Shown piece by piece: positions 1-9,563 of a stretch of DNA of 64,000 nt. Origin of the DNA: a virus; IMG/VR virus record IMGVR_UViG_3300032257_000004, positions 27,317 to 91,316 of that record; one strand, given 5' to 3'. Positions within the stretch are counted from its first letter, which is position 1. Every line of letters starts with the position of its first letter. The notes below the pieces were generated by a model, which ran no database searches, had not been told where the DNA came from, and saw only the letters and a list, made by a program, of their open reading frames with translations. The translations under genes and the position numbers were made by a program.

Positions 1-51
1 GCCCCTGATCGTGTGCTACACTAGACAGATAGCGCAAACAGGAGACACCGC

Positions 52-381
52 ATGGACGGGTTCTACGAGACAATTAGTGAAATTGAGTTGGCACCAACGC
101 TGTTGGACATGCCTCATGCAATGCAGTGGTCTGGACCATTTGGGGGCAACTCCAAGGTCGAGGTCAATTGTTGGTCGATAAACGGCCTGAACCCCTCCAT
201 GAAGATGGAATTTCCCAAAACCATAGACGAGTTGGTCGATATTTTCGACGAGGTGTACGCCTTCGTGGTGACGGACAATGGGGAGATTGTCCAGCAGGGC
301 TTAATGACTGGTGACAGCGATCTTCCGGACAACGTGGAGCCAATCGCCCTGCACCGTCTGTCTCGACGAATGATGACTTGA
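52..381 (+). CDS. hypothetical phage protein
   Basis: 109-aa ORF with GGAG RBS upstream. Confidence 0.6.
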   Translation: MDGFYETISEIELAPTLLDMPHAMQWSGPFGGNSKVEVNCWSINGLNPSMKMEFPKTIDELVDIFDEVYAFVVTDNGEIVQQGLMTGDSDLPDNVEPIALHRLSRRMMT

Positions 382-406
382 TCGCAGCCCCCCGCTGTGG
401 TATAGT
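378..406 (+). promoter_or_regulatory. sigma70-type promoter of the phage early/middle family
   Basis: TTGATC-17 nt (contains GCAGCCCC)-TATAGT with extended TG; same architecture as the promoters at 61.7-63.6 kb. Confidence 0.7.
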
Positions 407-430
407 GGGGCTGTGATTAGGGAGACAGTC

Positions 431-694
431 ATGGATTACCAAACACTGGTTAAGGGTCTCGGAGATGGCCTTATTTTTAGCGTCACGTTCACCAAGGTGG
501 ACGGTACGCTTCGCGAGATGGTGTGCCGGATGGGCGTAAAGTCTCGTCTTGCGGGCGGCAAAAAGTCGTTCAACGACGAGGAGAAAAACATCCTCACGGT
601 TTTCGATATGGAAAACGAGGGTTATCGATCGATCAAGATCGAAAATATCGTTAAGATCGTCGCCCACGGCGAAATTATCTACGAGGTGAAATAA
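431..694 (+). CDS. SH3/Sm-like beta-barrel phage protein (WYL_2/DUF2693-like)
   Basis: FSVTFTKVDGTLREM...VFDMENEGYRSIK pattern; GGAG RBS. Confidence 0.6.
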   Translation: MDYQTLVKGLGDGLIFSVTFTKVDGTLREMVCRMGVKSRLAGGKKSFNDEEKNILTVFDMENEGYRSIKIENIVKIVAHGEIIYEVK

Positions 695-697
695 GTC

Positions 698-1123
698 GTG
701 GACTATAAATATTCAGACGGAGGCCGGGAAGCGGCGGGATACAAGGGCAAGACTGGAGACTGTTTTGTTCGCGCCGCAGCCATCGCTACTGGTAAATCGT
801 ACGAGGAGGTTTATAATTTGGTCCTTCTTCGGTGCCGGGAAACGAACCACCGCAAGCGAAAGCGCCGGAACACCCCCTCCGGTGGCATTTATCGGGAGTT
901 TGCCGACACCATTATGGCCGAATACGGATGGGAGTGGGTCCCGATAGTTAAACCCGGATGTTCAGATCGGCCCAAACTCAAAGCAGGCGATTTGCCGAAG
1001 GGTCGAATTTTAGCTCGCGTCACGCGCCATTTCTGCGCGGTAATTGACGATGTAGTGCACGACACCCACGACCCTCGCCGGGGAGGAACCCGTCTCGTGT
1101 ACGGATATTACAGGAAGAAGTGA
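698..1123 (+). CDS. hypothetical protein, possible papain/C39-like Cys-His-Asp fold
   Basis: GDCFVRAAAIATG...HFCAVIDD..HDTHD pattern. Confidence 0.5.
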   Translation: MDYKYSDGGREAAGYKGKTGDCFVRAAAIATGKSYEEVYNLVLLRCRETNHRKRKRRNTPSGGIYREFADTIMAEYGWEWVPIVKPGCSDRPKLKAGDLPKGRILARVTRHFCAVIDDVVHDTHDPRRGGTRLVYGYYRKK

Positions 1124-1287
1124 TGAAAAACAAACATCTTGACTCTGACGAATTGTACCTTTTCTACGTTGAACTTTGCCACAAGATACAAAAATTGGTA
1201 GAAGACGAAATCGGGGACTTGATGGCCTCCGATCAAAACGAAATCCGAGAACTTTTGTGCGAACAGTTTCGCTTCGACGCGGGATAG
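1123..1287 (+). CDS. small hypothetical protein (54 aa, MKNKHLDSDELY...)
   Basis: Translated by hand; TGATG coupling to the upstream stop. Confidence 0.5.
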   Translation: MKNKHLDSDELYLFYVELCHKIQKLVEDEIGDLMASDQNEIRELLCEQFRFDAG

Positions 1288-1293
1288 ACAGCG

Positions 1294-1336
1294 TAAATAT
1301 GCAGACGGAGGCCTTAAATATGCAGACGGAGGCCGG
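1294..1336 (+). repeat. 20-bp tandem duplication (21-bp period) TAAATATGCAGACGGAGGCC; third copy at 706-727
   Basis: Copies at 1294-1313 and 1315-1334; 706-727 matches 1315-1336 at 21/22. Confidence 0.85.
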
Positions 1337-1556
1337 AGTAGTCCCAGCCGTCCATTTCGTCGGGTTCAAAGGCGACGAATACTGGAGCGCTGTTAAAGTT
1401 TGGGGTAAACCGGCTTTCATCCACCGGGGATGGGACAACCGGGCCCAAAGAGAAATCCACGTGTCGGATACCGTGGTGTTTGCAACCGGGCCCCACGACC
1501 AAAAGCCCAAAAAGCGTAGCTTCAACGACGTTGAACCCCGCAATGAGTGGGGCTGA
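1320..1556 (+). CDS. hypothetical phage protein (HFVGFKGDEY...)
   Basis: 3' part of ORF 1176-1556; start uncertain (1299 or 1320). Confidence 0.5.
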   Translation: MQTEAGVVPAVHFVGFKGDEYWSAVKVWGKPAFIHRGWDNRAQREIHVSDTVVFATGPHDQKPKKRSFNDVEPRNEWG

Positions 1557-1651
1557 TAGGGGCCGGAATAAAATTAGTTGGCGGGGCCCTCTCGGTGTGA
1601 TAGTCTGTACGATCCTGTCCACCTATTGTCGATCCAACCATGGGGCCCCCT

Positions 1652-3445
1652 ATGAAAGAAGTTCCTTTTGTCTCCGAATTTGAATCTAACCTAACAGATT
1701 TTGGAAAGCGAACTTTAAAGGACAGATACCTAGTGGGGGACGAAGGATTCGACGGTTTAGTCGATCGAGTTACCGGCGCTTACAGCAACGACCCTTTCCA
1801 CGCCGCCCGACTCAGAGGTTATATCAGCCGAATGTGGTTTATGCCAGCAACCCCGGTTCTGGCCAACGGTGGCACTGATCGAGGCTTACCGATCTCCTGC
1901 TATTTGAATTCAGTCAATGATAACATGAATTCGATCCTTGACTCGTTTACTGAAGTCGGCTGGTTGTCGTGTCGTGGTGGTGGAGTTGGAACATACTGGG
2001 GTGGAGTCCGAGAAGTCGGGTCGAAAGTCAAGGGGCGTCCCGGCGCTGAGGGCATAATCCCATTCCTACAGATTCAAAACACGTACACCAAGGCGATGAA
2101 TCAGGGAACGGTTCGAGGGGCATCATCCGCTTTTTACATCGATGTTGACCATCCCGAGATTGAAGAGTTCATTGAAATCCGGAAAACTACCGGTGGAGAC
2201 CCCAACCGCAAAACCCTTTATTCTCACCACGGTGTCATCGTCAATGACGAATTCATGGATGCCGTGAAAAAAGACCTCCCGTTCAACCTGATTTCCCGCG
2301 AGCATGGTGGGGTGATTAAAACGATTAGTGCCCGGTCGCTTTGGACCAAGATTCTGGCGACCCGAATGGAACAGGGCGAGCCGTATTTGATGTTCCGCAC
2401 CGCCATCGACGAGGGAAGACCGGACGTCTACAAGAAACTGGGCCTAAATGTTACTCAGTCGAATCTCTGCACCGAAATCACTTTAGCTACTGGGCCCGAC
2501 CACGAGGAAAAAGATAGAACGGCGGTGTGCTGCCTCTCTTCCCTCAATCTCGAAAAATTCGACGAGTGGAAGGACGACGAAAAGTTTATACTGGACGTAA
2601 TGTACTTCTTGGACAACGTCCTTCAGGACTTCATCGATCGCGCCTCTAAACTGCCCGGATTTGACAAGGCCGTCTATTCGGCAACGAGAGAGCGGGCGGT
2701 GGGCCTAGGGGTGATGGGATTCCATGGATATTTGATGTCCAAAATGATTCCGGTAGAATCTCCGATGGCTATTGGTCAAAACAAGATCATATTCGAGCAC
2801 ATACACAAGCGGACGGAGGAGGCAGACCGGGTCATCTGTATCGATCGGGGACCATGCCCCGATGCCAAGGAGGCGGGTATCCTTAAGCGTTTTAGCCATA
2901 AGACGGCCATCGCCCCCACCGCGACCATCAGCACCATCTGTGGACAGTCCACGCCCGGTGTAGAAATGATTCCAGCCAACCAGTTTATCCACAAAACCGA
3001 TTCCGGCACCCACACGGTGATGAACAAGTATCTCAGAGCCTTGATGGAAGAAAAAACGAAGGACGACACTTTCCCTAGAGAAATGTGGAGTTGGTTTTGG
3101 GAGCAGGTCCGTGAACACAGCGGTTCGGTGCAATGGGCAACCGACTACCTGAGCGAACACGAACTAGCGGTGTTCAAAACTGCGTTTGAAGTCGACCAGC
3201 GATACATCATTGATTTGGCCGCAGATCGCGGACAGTTTATCGACCAAGGGCAATCCGTAAACCTATACTTTGCGGGCGACGCCGACAAGCGTTATATTAA
3301 TGAGGTCCATCTTAGGGGATACGACAAGGGGCTCAAAACCCTTTATTATTGCCGTTCCAATTCCGTCGCCAGAGCCAAGACGGTTGGACACGACAGTATC
3401 GGTTCACCAATCGTTGAGCCGGATGAATGCTTAGCCTGTCAGTAG
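1652..3445 (+). CDS. nrdA: ribonucleotide reductase class Ia alpha subunit (no ATP cone)
   Basis: PATPVLANGG, ISCYL, TQSNLCTEI, APTATIS, KTLYYCRS, C-terminal CxxC (ECLACQ). Confidence 0.95.
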   Translation: MKEVPFVSEFESNLTDFGKRTLKDRYLVGDEGFDGLVDRVTGAYSNDPFHAARLRGYISRMWFMPATPVLANGGTDRGLPISCYLNSVNDNMNSILDSFTEVGWLSCRGGGVGTYWGGVREVGSKVKGRPGAEGIIPFLQIQNTYTKAMNQGTVRGASSAFYIDVDHPEIEEFIEIRKTTGGDPNRKTLYSHHGVIVNDEFMDAVKKDLPFNLISREHGGVIKTISARSLWTKILATRMEQGEPYLMFRTAIDEGRPDVYKKLGLNVTQSNLCTEITLATGPDHEEKDRTAVCCLSSLNLEKFDEWKDDEKFILDVMYFLDNVLQDFIDRASKLPGFDKAVYSATRERAVGLGVMGFHGYLMSKMIPVESPMAIGQNKIIFEHIHKRTEEADRVICIDRGPCPDAKEAGILKRFSHKTAIAPTATISTICGQSTPGVEMIPANQFIHKTDSGTHTVMNKYLRALMEEKTKDDTFPREMWSWFWEQVREHSGSVQWATDYLSEHELAVFKTAFEVDQRYIIDLAADRGQFIDQGQSVNLYFAGDADKRYINEVHLRGYDKGLKTLYYCRSNSVARAKTVGHDSIGSPIVEPDECLACQ

Positions 3446-3455
3446 GAGAGAGACA

Positions 3456-3821
3456 ATGACACCGGCAGAATCGAAACAACAGTTAGATGTACTTCGGGAC
3501 GAATTCTTCCTGACTTGGGGAGCGATGTGCGATTGCATGTCCTCCATTGCCAAGTCCAAAGGATTCTACGAGGGGGAGCATAACCCCGGCGAGTTGATCG
3601 CCCTTATGCACTCGGAACTGTCCGAGTTGTTGGAATACGTCCGCAAACCGGCGAACGATAGCCATGTCACCGATATGGATGGTCGCGCCGTGGAACTTGC
3701 GGATTTGATAATTCGAGCGATGGACTTTTCGTCCAGATTCGATCTTAACGTTGCCGACGCCATCATCGCGAAGGCCAAATACAACGCTGACCGTCCATAT
3801 AAGCACGGCAAAAAATTCTAG
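3456..3821 (+). CDS. MazG-like nucleotide pyrophosphohydrolase (candidate MazZ)
   Basis: SELSELLE...ELADLIIR motifs, NADRPYKHGKKF tail. Confidence 0.75.
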   Translation: MTPAESKQQLDVLRDEFFLTWGAMCDCMSSIAKSKGFYEGEHNPGELIALMHSELSELLEYVRKPANDSHVTDMDGRAVELADLIIRAMDFSSRFDLNVADAIIAKAKYNADRPYKHGKKF

Positions 3822-3830
3822 GAGGAACAA

Positions 3831-4784
3831 ATGTCTCTAACGGAGGCCAGACTCGCGCTTCGCCCATACGAATACCCGTGGGCGATCGAAGCTACTACCA
3901 AACAGCAAAAAGCCCACTGGCTTCCGGATGAAATCCCCATGTCCAAGGACGTGAAGGACTGGAACAGCAACATGACCCCCGGCGAGATTAGTCTAGCCAA
4001 AAACATCATGTTGTTGTTTACCCAGTCGGATATCGACGTTGGAAACGGGTATCTGGACCACTACCTTCGAGTGATGAAAAATCCCGAGATTCGGTTCATG
4101 TTGACCACCTTTGCGGGTCAGGAAGTGATACATGTACTGGCGTACAGTCATTTGATCGAATCGCTAGGTCTACCCGAGTCCACATATACTGAGTTCTTGA
4201 ATTACAAGTCGATGCTGGACAAGCACGAACACATCATGTCGATGAAATCCGACACCCCCCAAGAACTGGCCTTGACCATGGCCGTCTTCGGAGGATTTGT
4301 GGAGGGCTTGCAGTTGTTCGCGTCGTTCATCATGCTACTGAACTTCCAGAGGTTTGGGAAGCTTAAGGGCATGGGTCAAGTAGTGGCGTGGAGTGTTCGC
4401 GACGAGACTATCCATTGCGAGGGCGTTTGCCACATGTTCCGGCAATACGTGGAGGAAAATTCCGATTCGATCGACAAGGGCCTGTTGCAGGCGGAGGTCG
4501 AGCGCCATTGCAAGATGGCGGTGTTCCACGAGGATGCGTTCATCGACAAGGCATTCGAAATGGGGGATGTTGAGGGATTGACCTCGGACCGCGTGAAGGG
4601 TTATATTCGATACGTGGCCGACCGCAGAATGGAAATGCTGGGTTATCCGCCCGTCTACGGAGTCAGTGTCGACCCCGAGCCTTGGTTCGAAGAGGCTATT
4701 GGCGGAGTAGAACACGTCAATTTCTTCGAAAACAAATCTACCGCGTATTCGAAGGCATCAACCACGGGAACAGATTGGTTCTAA
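3831..4784 (+). CDS. nrdB: ribonucleotide reductase class Ia beta subunit
   Basis: HWLPDEIPM, QEVIHVLAYS, EGLQLFASF, RDETIH di-iron ligands, NFFE..AY tail. Confidence 0.95.
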   Translation: MSLTEARLALRPYEYPWAIEATTKQQKAHWLPDEIPMSKDVKDWNSNMTPGEISLAKNIMLLFTQSDIDVGNGYLDHYLRVMKNPEIRFMLTTFAGQEVIHVLAYSHLIESLGLPESTYTEFLNYKSMLDKHEHIMSMKSDTPQELALTMAVFGGFVEGLQLFASFIMLLNFQRFGKLKGMGQVVAWSVRDETIHCEGVCHMFRQYVEENSDSIDKGLLQAEVERHCKMAVFHEDAFIDKAFEMGDVEGLTSDRVKGYIRYVADRRMEMLGYPPVYGVSVDPEPWFEEAIGGVEHVNFFENKSTAYSKASTTGTDWF

Positions 4785-5164
4785 TGCAAAGAGTTAACGC
4801 CGACTACCCCGAAGATTCTCCATACTGGAGACTTCGCTACAAACTGATTGGAGACCTCAGCATGTTTCAGCTGGGCTCCGACTATAAATTGGTGGATTTA
4901 GTCGAGGGTAGAGCGGCGTTAATTGCTATCGGGCAAGTGGACGAAGACGAATACGATGTGGCAGTCCGATATAGAAGTTGGTTGACAGAGGAAACTCCAG
5001 AGGGTACATTCAGGTTGGATGATATGCTCGTAAAGAAAATCTATATAGCGGGCAAAACCAAATATGGTTCCAACGACTGGATAGATAGAGATGAATCCGT
5101 CAGAGAAATTTTCGACTCCCTCGCGCCCAAACGTGTTCATAACACACTGGACCCCGACATTTGA
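4784..5164 (+). CDS. hypothetical protein
   Basis: TAATG coupling with nrdB. Confidence 0.55.
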   Translation: MQRVNADYPEDSPYWRLRYKLIGDLSMFQLGSDYKLVDLVEGRAALIAIGQVDEDEYDVAVRYRSWLTEETPEGTFRLDDMLVKKIYIAGKTKYGSNDWIDRDESVREIFDSLAPKRVHNTLDPDI

Positions 5165-5441
5165 TTATTCAGATGCCCTGCGGTTCGGGGATTTAAACCA
5201 AATAGTTTCTAATCAGTATTTCCAACCCTTCTTATTGGAGGGTCAGATGCAGGATTTCTTGGACCTATACAAACCCGAGAACGACTACTTGCTCCTGTCT
5301 GGAGACCCTGTCATAATCGGTATGTCGATCCACGCGGCTTTTAGTCGCTCCGATACGATCCAAGTCTTGAAGTTCGAGAAACGACTCAAGATGTATACAG
5401 ATATTGAATTGAGGAACCCGTTGAAAAATGTCGAAATTTGA
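5091..5441 (+). CDS. hypothetical phage protein
   Basis: 116-aa ORF in operon context (DYLLLSGDPV motif). Confidence 0.6.
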   Translation: MNPSEKFSTPSRPNVFITHWTPTFDYSDALRFGDLNQIVSNQYFQPFLLEGQMQDFLDLYKPENDYLLLSGDPVIIGMSIHAAFSRSDTIQVLKFEKRLKMYTDIELRNPLKNVEI

Positions 5442-5937
5442 ACATATGGAGGCCGTCGCACTTGTCGAACGAGCCGTGGCAACTGCCAAAGAGATGGACG
5501 AAATCCGGAAAGCCATGACGAAAATGGCCGAGGATACTGTCCGAGTTCCGGACATGTCGGAAGTGTTTGTAATGTCTCGCCAAATTCGGGACGTGCTCGA
5601 CTCCGCACTGAAGGAAATCACCAAACAGCGGGATGTGATTTCGTATAACACCCTTCCAAATATGATGGAAGACGAGGGCCTTACATCCTTCACCACAGAG
5701 TCCGGATATCGGGTCTCAGTGGCGCGGCGTTTCAGCGCTTCGTTTGTTGATAAGGAAGCGGGCTTCCAGTGGCTGAGAGATAACGGCCTTGAGGACATCA
5801 TCAAGGAAACTGTTCCTTCGCAGACACTTTCGGCCCAAATCCGCGAGATGATCGAATCGGAAAACATGGAACCGCCGGATGATGTCATCAAAACGTCCAT
5901 CGCGCCGTACACCTCAGTAACTAAAGTCAAGAAGTAG
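5428..5937 (+). CDS. hypothetical protein of the replication module
   Basis: 169-aa ORF; GAGG RBS. Confidence 0.65.
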   Translation: MSKFEHMEAVALVERAVATAKEMDEIRKAMTKMAEDTVRVPDMSEVFVMSRQIRDVLDSALKEITKQRDVISYNTLPNMMEDEGLTSFTTESGYRVSVARRFSASFVDKEAGFQWLRDNGLEDIIKETVPSQTLSAQIREMIESENMEPPDDVIKTSIAPYTSVTKVKK

Positions 5938-5940
5938 ATA

Positions 5941-5969
5941 TTGCTTAGCCCCTAGGGGCTTGGTAGTAT
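5941..5969 (+). promoter_or_regulatory. sigma70-type promoter with palindromic spacer
   Basis: TTGCTT-AGCCCCTAGGGGCTTGG-TAGTAT. Confidence 0.6.
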
Positions 5970-5994
5970 GTGTCATCGTCCACAGGAGATAAGC

Positions 5995-6840
5995 ATGACG
6001 AAAAAATCCACAGCTGTCGCTAAGAAAAACGAGGGCCAAGTTTCGGCGGTCCCCGATTTTATGAAAGGGGCAGAGGTCGTTAAGTCCAATCTGGACTCCG
6101 ACGACATTGAACTGCCGCGCATGAAGCTGCTGCAGTCTCTATCACCCGAACTTGAAGACGGCCACAAGGCCGGTGATCTGTTCCACCATGTGATGGAACA
6201 GTCCTTTGGTAGTTCGGTCCGGGTAATCCCGATCTTCCATTTCAAATCCTATATCCTTTGGAATCCGCGTAAATCCGGTGGTGGCATCCTTGCCCGCGCC
6301 GATGACGGCCAAGAGTGGGATCGCCTTGGTGAGTGGGAAGTCACTCTGGACTCCAATAAGCAGAAGCGTACCTGGGCCATTGAACACAAGAGTGTTCGCA
6401 AATCCGGTCTCGCTGAATGGGGCACGTCCGACGATCAGGACGAAAACTCCCCTCCGGCTGCTACCAAGCTGCTGAACGTGGTTGCGTGGCTCCCGGATTT
6501 CCCGGAACTGTCACCGATCGTCATTCCGTTCCAGCGCGGTCTTCTCAAAGCTGGTACTCGTTGGGTTTCGAAAATCGAGATGTCCAACGCACCGGAATTC
6601 GGCCAGACTTACGAACTGCTGAGTGAAAAGGTCTCCAACAACGACGGGGACGAATACTTCGCGTTCAAAACCAAGGGCACCGGGCTTTTGCAGGACGAGG
6701 ACTTGTTCAACAATCTCGCTCAAATGCACAAGCGCTTTGCCGACATGACCATTCGCGTCGTGGATGCAGAGGATATGGCATCGGATGGGGATTCCAACAC
6801 GGCGGCGTCTGAGGACTCGGAGATTGCTGATCGGATTTAA
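5995..6840 (+). CDS. putative ssDNA-binding/recombination protein
   Basis: LPRMKLLQSLSPE N-terminal motif, acidic C-terminus, position near polA. Confidence 0.5.
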   Translation: MTKKSTAVAKKNEGQVSAVPDFMKGAEVVKSNLDSDDIELPRMKLLQSLSPELEDGHKAGDLFHHVMEQSFGSSVRVIPIFHFKSYILWNPRKSGGGILARADDGQEWDRLGEWEVTLDSNKQKRTWAIEHKSVRKSGLAEWGTSDDQDENSPPAATKLLNVVAWLPDFPELSPIVIPFQRGLLKAGTRWVSKIEMSNAPEFGQTYELLSEKVSNNDGDEYFAFKTKGTGLLQDEDLFNNLAQMHKRFADMTIRVVDAEDMASDGDSNTAASEDSEIADRI

Positions 6841-7195
6841 CGACGGGCCTGAATTGCCCCGACTTGAATCCGCAGTAGCTTGCCCCAAATGCGGAAACCA
6901 GAAATCGAGAGTAGTTAAGTCCTCTCGGGGTCTGGTTTCCAAGGGCATTCGGCGCGGAACCAGAAGGCGGAGACGTTGTCAATCGTGCAAAGAGGTGTGG
7001 TCTACGATCGAACTTAACTTGGAAGATGTACTGACTACTGACATCGACCATATGGAGTTAATCACTAGATTGCAGCTAGCGGTGGCTAGTTTCCAAGAAA
7101 CCAATTTATCGTCAATGCGGCAGGTACTGAAAGCTACTAGAGAGTTGGAAGCTGCAGCGGGGGCGATCAAACAGGAGAATGCAGATGGGATATAA
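6764..7195 (+). CDS. NrdR-like zinc-ribbon protein (start uncertain)
   Basis: CPKC...SRVVKS...RRRRRCQSC..WSTIE resembles the NrdR N-terminal Zn ribbon; no ATP cone. Confidence 0.65.
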   Translation: MQRIWHRMGIPTRRRLRTRRLLIGFNDGPELPRLESAVACPKCGNQKSRVVKSSRGLVSKGIRRGTRRRRRCQSCKEVWSTIELNLEDVLTTDIDHMELITRLQLAVASFQETNLSSMRQVLKATRELEAAAGAIKQENADGI

Positions 7196-7196
7196 A

Positions 7197-7481
7197 ATGC
7201 ACAATCTTTGCGTCCCGCGTCCAAAAAAGGACGGCGGAACGTGGTGGCAAACAATCGGAGTTCAGTTCGAGAAAGACGACGGTACTCCCGGCGACATCAT
7301 TCTCAATTGCATTCCGGTTGGCGATGTCATTGATAACAACGGCGACATCTTTCCGTTCGATGGTAAGATCAAGGTCTTCCCGAAGGACAACGACGGTAAT
7401 AAAGGCTCCAAGCGGTCCAATACCCGCAAGGTGTCGTCCAAGACTCGCAACGACTCTCTCGATGACGAAATCCCATTCTAG
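7197..7481 (+). CDS. small SSB-like protein with DDEIPF tail
   Basis: WQTIGVQF core; C-terminus mimics the bacterial SSB C-terminal tip. Confidence 0.6.
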   Translation: MHNLCVPRPKKDGGTWWQTIGVQFEKDDGTPGDIILNCIPVGDVIDNNGDIFPFDGKIKVFPKDNDGNKGSKRSNTRKVSSKTRNDSLDDEIPF

Positions 7482-7673
7482 TGGGGGGATGCACATTGTC
7501 AGCGACGGTAACAAGCTGACAGTGCGGGAAGTCTCGGAGCCCATAGTGGAACTGAGAAGCTGGGGGGTTGGAAACGGCCCCCCTCTTCCTATAATAAATA
7601 CAATTGTTAGTAAAGATCGTGCCCGATCGATACTGAAAGACGTTCTTCCCGGTGACTACAATAGGATCAAGTA

Positions 7674-9563
7674 ATGGATAATGTCGAGGAATGCCTCTCC
7701 AGATTAGAGGAAGCGGATGTCGTCGGGATTGATGTCGAGACCAGCGGTCTTTCTTGGCACGAAAATTTTGTCGTGGGCTGGGTTTTTTCCTTCGGGCCTA
7801 AAGACGAAGACACTTATTACTTGCCGGTGCGGCATCTTGGAGGCGGAAACATTCCGGGTGGGATTACTCCTACCAAGGGGGACCAATATTATGGCACCGA
7901 ACATTTCCATCCAATCGAAAAACGAATTAAAAAGATTCTAGAGTCGAAACCTCGGCAGTATTACGCACACAACGCCAAATTCGATATGCATATGATCGCG
8001 TCGCTAGGCATTTGGCTCAGAGGCGATTTTGAAGACACCGCAGTCAACGCGGCCCTATTGAACGAAAACCAAGGCCGATACGACTTAGACACTTGTTGCC
8101 GCCGGACGGGGGTTACTCCCAAAGTAGGGGAAATCTACGAGGCGATTTCTAAATACATGTCCCGCAAGCATAGTATCGAAGTACCTGCCACTCGCGCCGC
8201 GATGGCCTATTTTTGGTATTTGCCGGGAGATGGTGTTGCCGCTGAATACGCTAGAGGCGATGGGATTTCCATGTCCTTGCTTCGCGACGCTCAGCATAAG
8301 GCTTTGGACGAGCGGGAGATGCGGCCAATCTGGGAGTTGGAGCGCCGAGTAACTCGGACACTATTTCGGATGGAACGGAGGGGGGTCCCCGTTGACGAGA
8401 AAGTGTTGGTCGGGGTTGAGGCCCGCGTAGAAAAAATGCTTAAGGACGCCACTCTCCGTCTCCCAAACGCGATAAATGTCCGATCGATGCCCCAAGTCAA
8501 ACAAGCGTTTTTGGAGAAGGGCTACAAGGAAGAGGACTTCCTGCGAACCGAAAAAGGGAACGTCAGCTTTCCGGAAGAATGGCTCACGGGCGAAGGCGGA
8601 CAACTCGGTCAAGACATTATTACGGTCCGGAAGTATTCGAATCTTGTTAACACTTTCATCAACGGTGCTATCAAAAAGAATGTCATCCGGGGTCGAGTGC
8701 ACGGCAATTTCAACCAAACCAAGGGAGATGAATACGGGGTTGTAACCGGGCGTTTATCCTGTTCCAAACCCAATTTCCAGCAAATCCCTAAGAGGGACAA
8801 GGTGCTAGCGCCTCTTCTCCGACAAGTGTTCAGGGCGGACGGTTTCCATTGGTGGTCCTCGGATTATTCGCAGCAGGAGTACCGCGTATTTGCGGAATAT
8901 GCGCGTTCAAAGTTCGTTTTGGAGGCATACGCCGAAGACCCCAACACCGATTACCACCAACTGGTTGCCGACATGCTAGGGGTGGAACGGGACCCAGCGG
9001 CTAAGCGCATTAATCTAGGGGTTATCTACAATATGGGGGCCCCATCCCTCGCCCGCAATTTAGGTGTCGTGGTGGATATTGCTCGCGGCTATCTGCTCCG
9101 GATGCGCCGGATGATGCCTGAAGCCACGAAATTCAACAAGACTGCTCAAAAGGTTGCAGAGCGCCGGGGGTATGTCAAAACTATTATGGGTCGCCGTAGA
9201 AGGTTCCCGAACGGCGAATTTGCCCACAAAGCCGGAAACTCAATCATTCAGGGTTCATCAGCCGACATCACCAAGGTTAAGATGGCAGAGTGCGACGAAT
9301 ACCTGATGGGAGAGGCCGAAAAGGACAACCTCAACATCTATGCCAGCGAAAGTAAGTCGAATCTTATACTTCAAATTCACGATTCTCTGGAGTTTTTGTT
9401 TGTGGAAGAGGAGCGGGCTAAAATGGAGCGCGTGGTGCAAATTATGGAATCGTTCGGTGAGAGCGATTTAATTCAGTTAAGCGTTCCAATGTCGGTCGAT
9501 ACCGATTTCGGAATTTCTTGGGGACACGCAACGTTTAAAAGCTATGAGGAGTGGGTGGAATGA
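7674..9563 (+). CDS. polA: family A DNA polymerase, 3'-5' exonuclease plus polymerase, no 5' nuclease (candidate DpoZ)
   Basis: DVETSG ExoI, HNAKFD ExoII, TGRLSCSKPNFQQIP, DYSQQEYR (motif A), KRINLGVIY (B), QIHDS (C). Confidence 0.93.
   Translation: MDNVEECLSRLEEADVVGIDVETSGLSWHENFVVGWVFSFGPKDEDTYYLPVRHLGGGNIPGGITPTKGDQYYGTEHFHPIEKRIKKILESKPRQYYAHNAKFDMHMIASLGIWLRGDFEDTAVNAALLNENQGRYDLDTCCRRTGVTPKVGEIYEAISKYMSRKHSIEVPATRAAMAYFWYLPGDGVAAEYARGDGISMSLLRDAQHKALDEREMRPIWELERRVTRTLFRMERRGVPVDEKVLVGVEARVEKMLKDATLRLPNAINVRSMPQVKQAFLEKGYKEEDFLRTEKGNVSFPEEWLTGEGGQLGQDIITVRKYSNLVNTFINGAIKKNVIRGRVHGNFNQTKGDEYGVVTGRLSCSKPNFQQIPKRDKVLAPLLRQVFRADGFHWWSSDYSQQEYRVFAEYARSKFVLEAYAEDPNTDYHQLVADMLGVERDPAAKRINLGVIYNMGAPSLARNLGVVVDIARGYLLRMRRMMPEATKFNKTAQKVAERRGYVKTIMGRRRRFPNGEFAHKAGNSIIQGSSADITKVKMAECDEYLMGEAEKDNLNIYASESKSNLILQIHDSLEFLFVEEERAKMERVVQIMESFGESDLIQLSVPMSVDTDFGISWGHATFKSYEEWVE

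Noticed and set aside
1145-1151. CTGACGA hammerhead-core heptamer
   Set aside because: No accompanying stems or GAAA...UH geometry; it lies inside a small ORF.
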